Assembly: GCF_004010195.1 (NCBI RefSeq)
Contig: NC_057728.1
Coordinates: 44,144,569-44,208,568 of the forward strand
Direction of reading: 5' to 3'
DNA from: Chiloscyllium plagiosum
Lineage: Eukaryota
Length of the DNA stretch: 64,000 bases
Below, piece after piece: positions 62,863 through 64,000 of the stretch. Within the stretch, counting starts at the first letter, position 1, and each line of letters opens with the position of its first letter. The notes under the pieces are model-generated. The model ran no database searches. It worked only from the letters and a program-made list of their open reading frames with translations, and was not told the origin of the DNA. The position numbers were made by a program, and so were the translations under genes.

Positions 62863-64000
62863 TTATATCATCTTAGACTGGAGAACTTATCATCAATATT
62901 ATTGTGAGCATACTCTGCGCTTCATAAGTACAAATACATGTTAGCCTGAAGCTTAGGACTGTATCTTTATGTTTGCTGATGTTGAGGGAGATCAAGGAGA
63001 AATGATTATTTTCAGAAATTAAAATCATTTGACATGAATGTTAAAAGTATCAGAATTTGAAAATAAACTTGAGGTGAGATCATTCTGTGACTATTGTAAA
63101 AGTTTAGATTATAGCTGTAATGAAAACAGTATATCTTTGCTTTGAAGCTTCATTCATATGGCACAACATAGTTTTGGCTTCCATTTCAAAGTAAAATGGC
63201 ACTAATTGGAGATCAAAGCCATGGGTACGGATCAAGCCAAGTAAAAACGGTCTGAATGTGAGGCTTGAAGTCACATGTTTTTCTTGGCTTAATAAATTAC
63301 TGCCCAAATTTCAAAGTGTTTTGCATTCTTATACTGGCATATTCACACATGTGCATCTTTGATTGGAGGTGACTTTTACAGAGATGAATCATTGCATGAA
63401 TCTGGTCCATTGATAATGTATTTATTTTGCAGCAAAAATGTAACATATGTCAGCTAAGATTATAAAGTGCAGTTAACCTTGCTAAAAAGGATGTAATGTG
63501 TTATTTTTGTTCCCAGAATATGAACAAGCTTGACAAGGTGATATTTAAATTCATGACTACTTATCCTGAGATATTAAGGCTCAACTACATTGTAATGGAA
63601 GAGAAGACAGGGACTGTCAGTTTCTTGCTCTGATGGATATTAGTGAATAAGTTGGTTTTACTGCAAGCCAGTAACCTTTGCACTATTATTTTTGGTATAA
63701 TCACAAAAATAAGCTAATTTGTGGAACTTAGATTCATAACTTGCTTCAATGAGATTTGAACTTATAACCCAGTTTGCTTTCCAGTAACCACAATACTACT
63801 GTGTCTGCACTGATATTCTTTGCCCTCAAATTTGTCATCTGTTTAATTCCAACCTTGTTCTCCATATTCTTTAATATGTCTCTTTTTCAAACAACTATTA
63901 ATTTCTCTTTTGCGCTCTGCTTCAGTGATGATTTTTGGCAGAGAATTTAACATTGTAAGATGCCTGCTGTGCAAATAAATTTGTTTTGTGATTATGTTAC

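Overview
Vertebrate genomic DNA, most likely from a shark (inferred from HE1-type V-SINEs, HER1/CR1 LINEs and Deu-type SINEs). The window lies inside the TMTC2 gene (protein O-mannosyltransferase with TPR repeats) on the + strand. Eight consecutive coding exons (13449-14277, 14383-14497, 34792-34877, 35833-36017, 45456-45534, 47466-47587, 51625-51706, 60362-60476) have canonical AG/GT boundaries and splice into one continuous frame of 1613 nt; the start and stop exons lie outside the window. The introns are dense with retroelements (CR1/HER1, a second CR1/L2-group LINE, L2, RTE, three SINE types, several Penelope-like families), plus a Tc1/mariner MITE, Harbinger-like fossils, a probable solo LTR and two assembly gaps. 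I found no prokaryotic-type novel system. The most notable observations are: minimal hammerhead-ribozyme cores in several Penelope-like termini, one apparently intact; short fold-back Penelope-like inserts with target-site duplications; a three-level LINE nesting that creates a long inverted repeat; and a 65-bp segment that appears locally copied. Repeat family names come from recalled consensus features, not database searches, and repeat boundaries are approximate.
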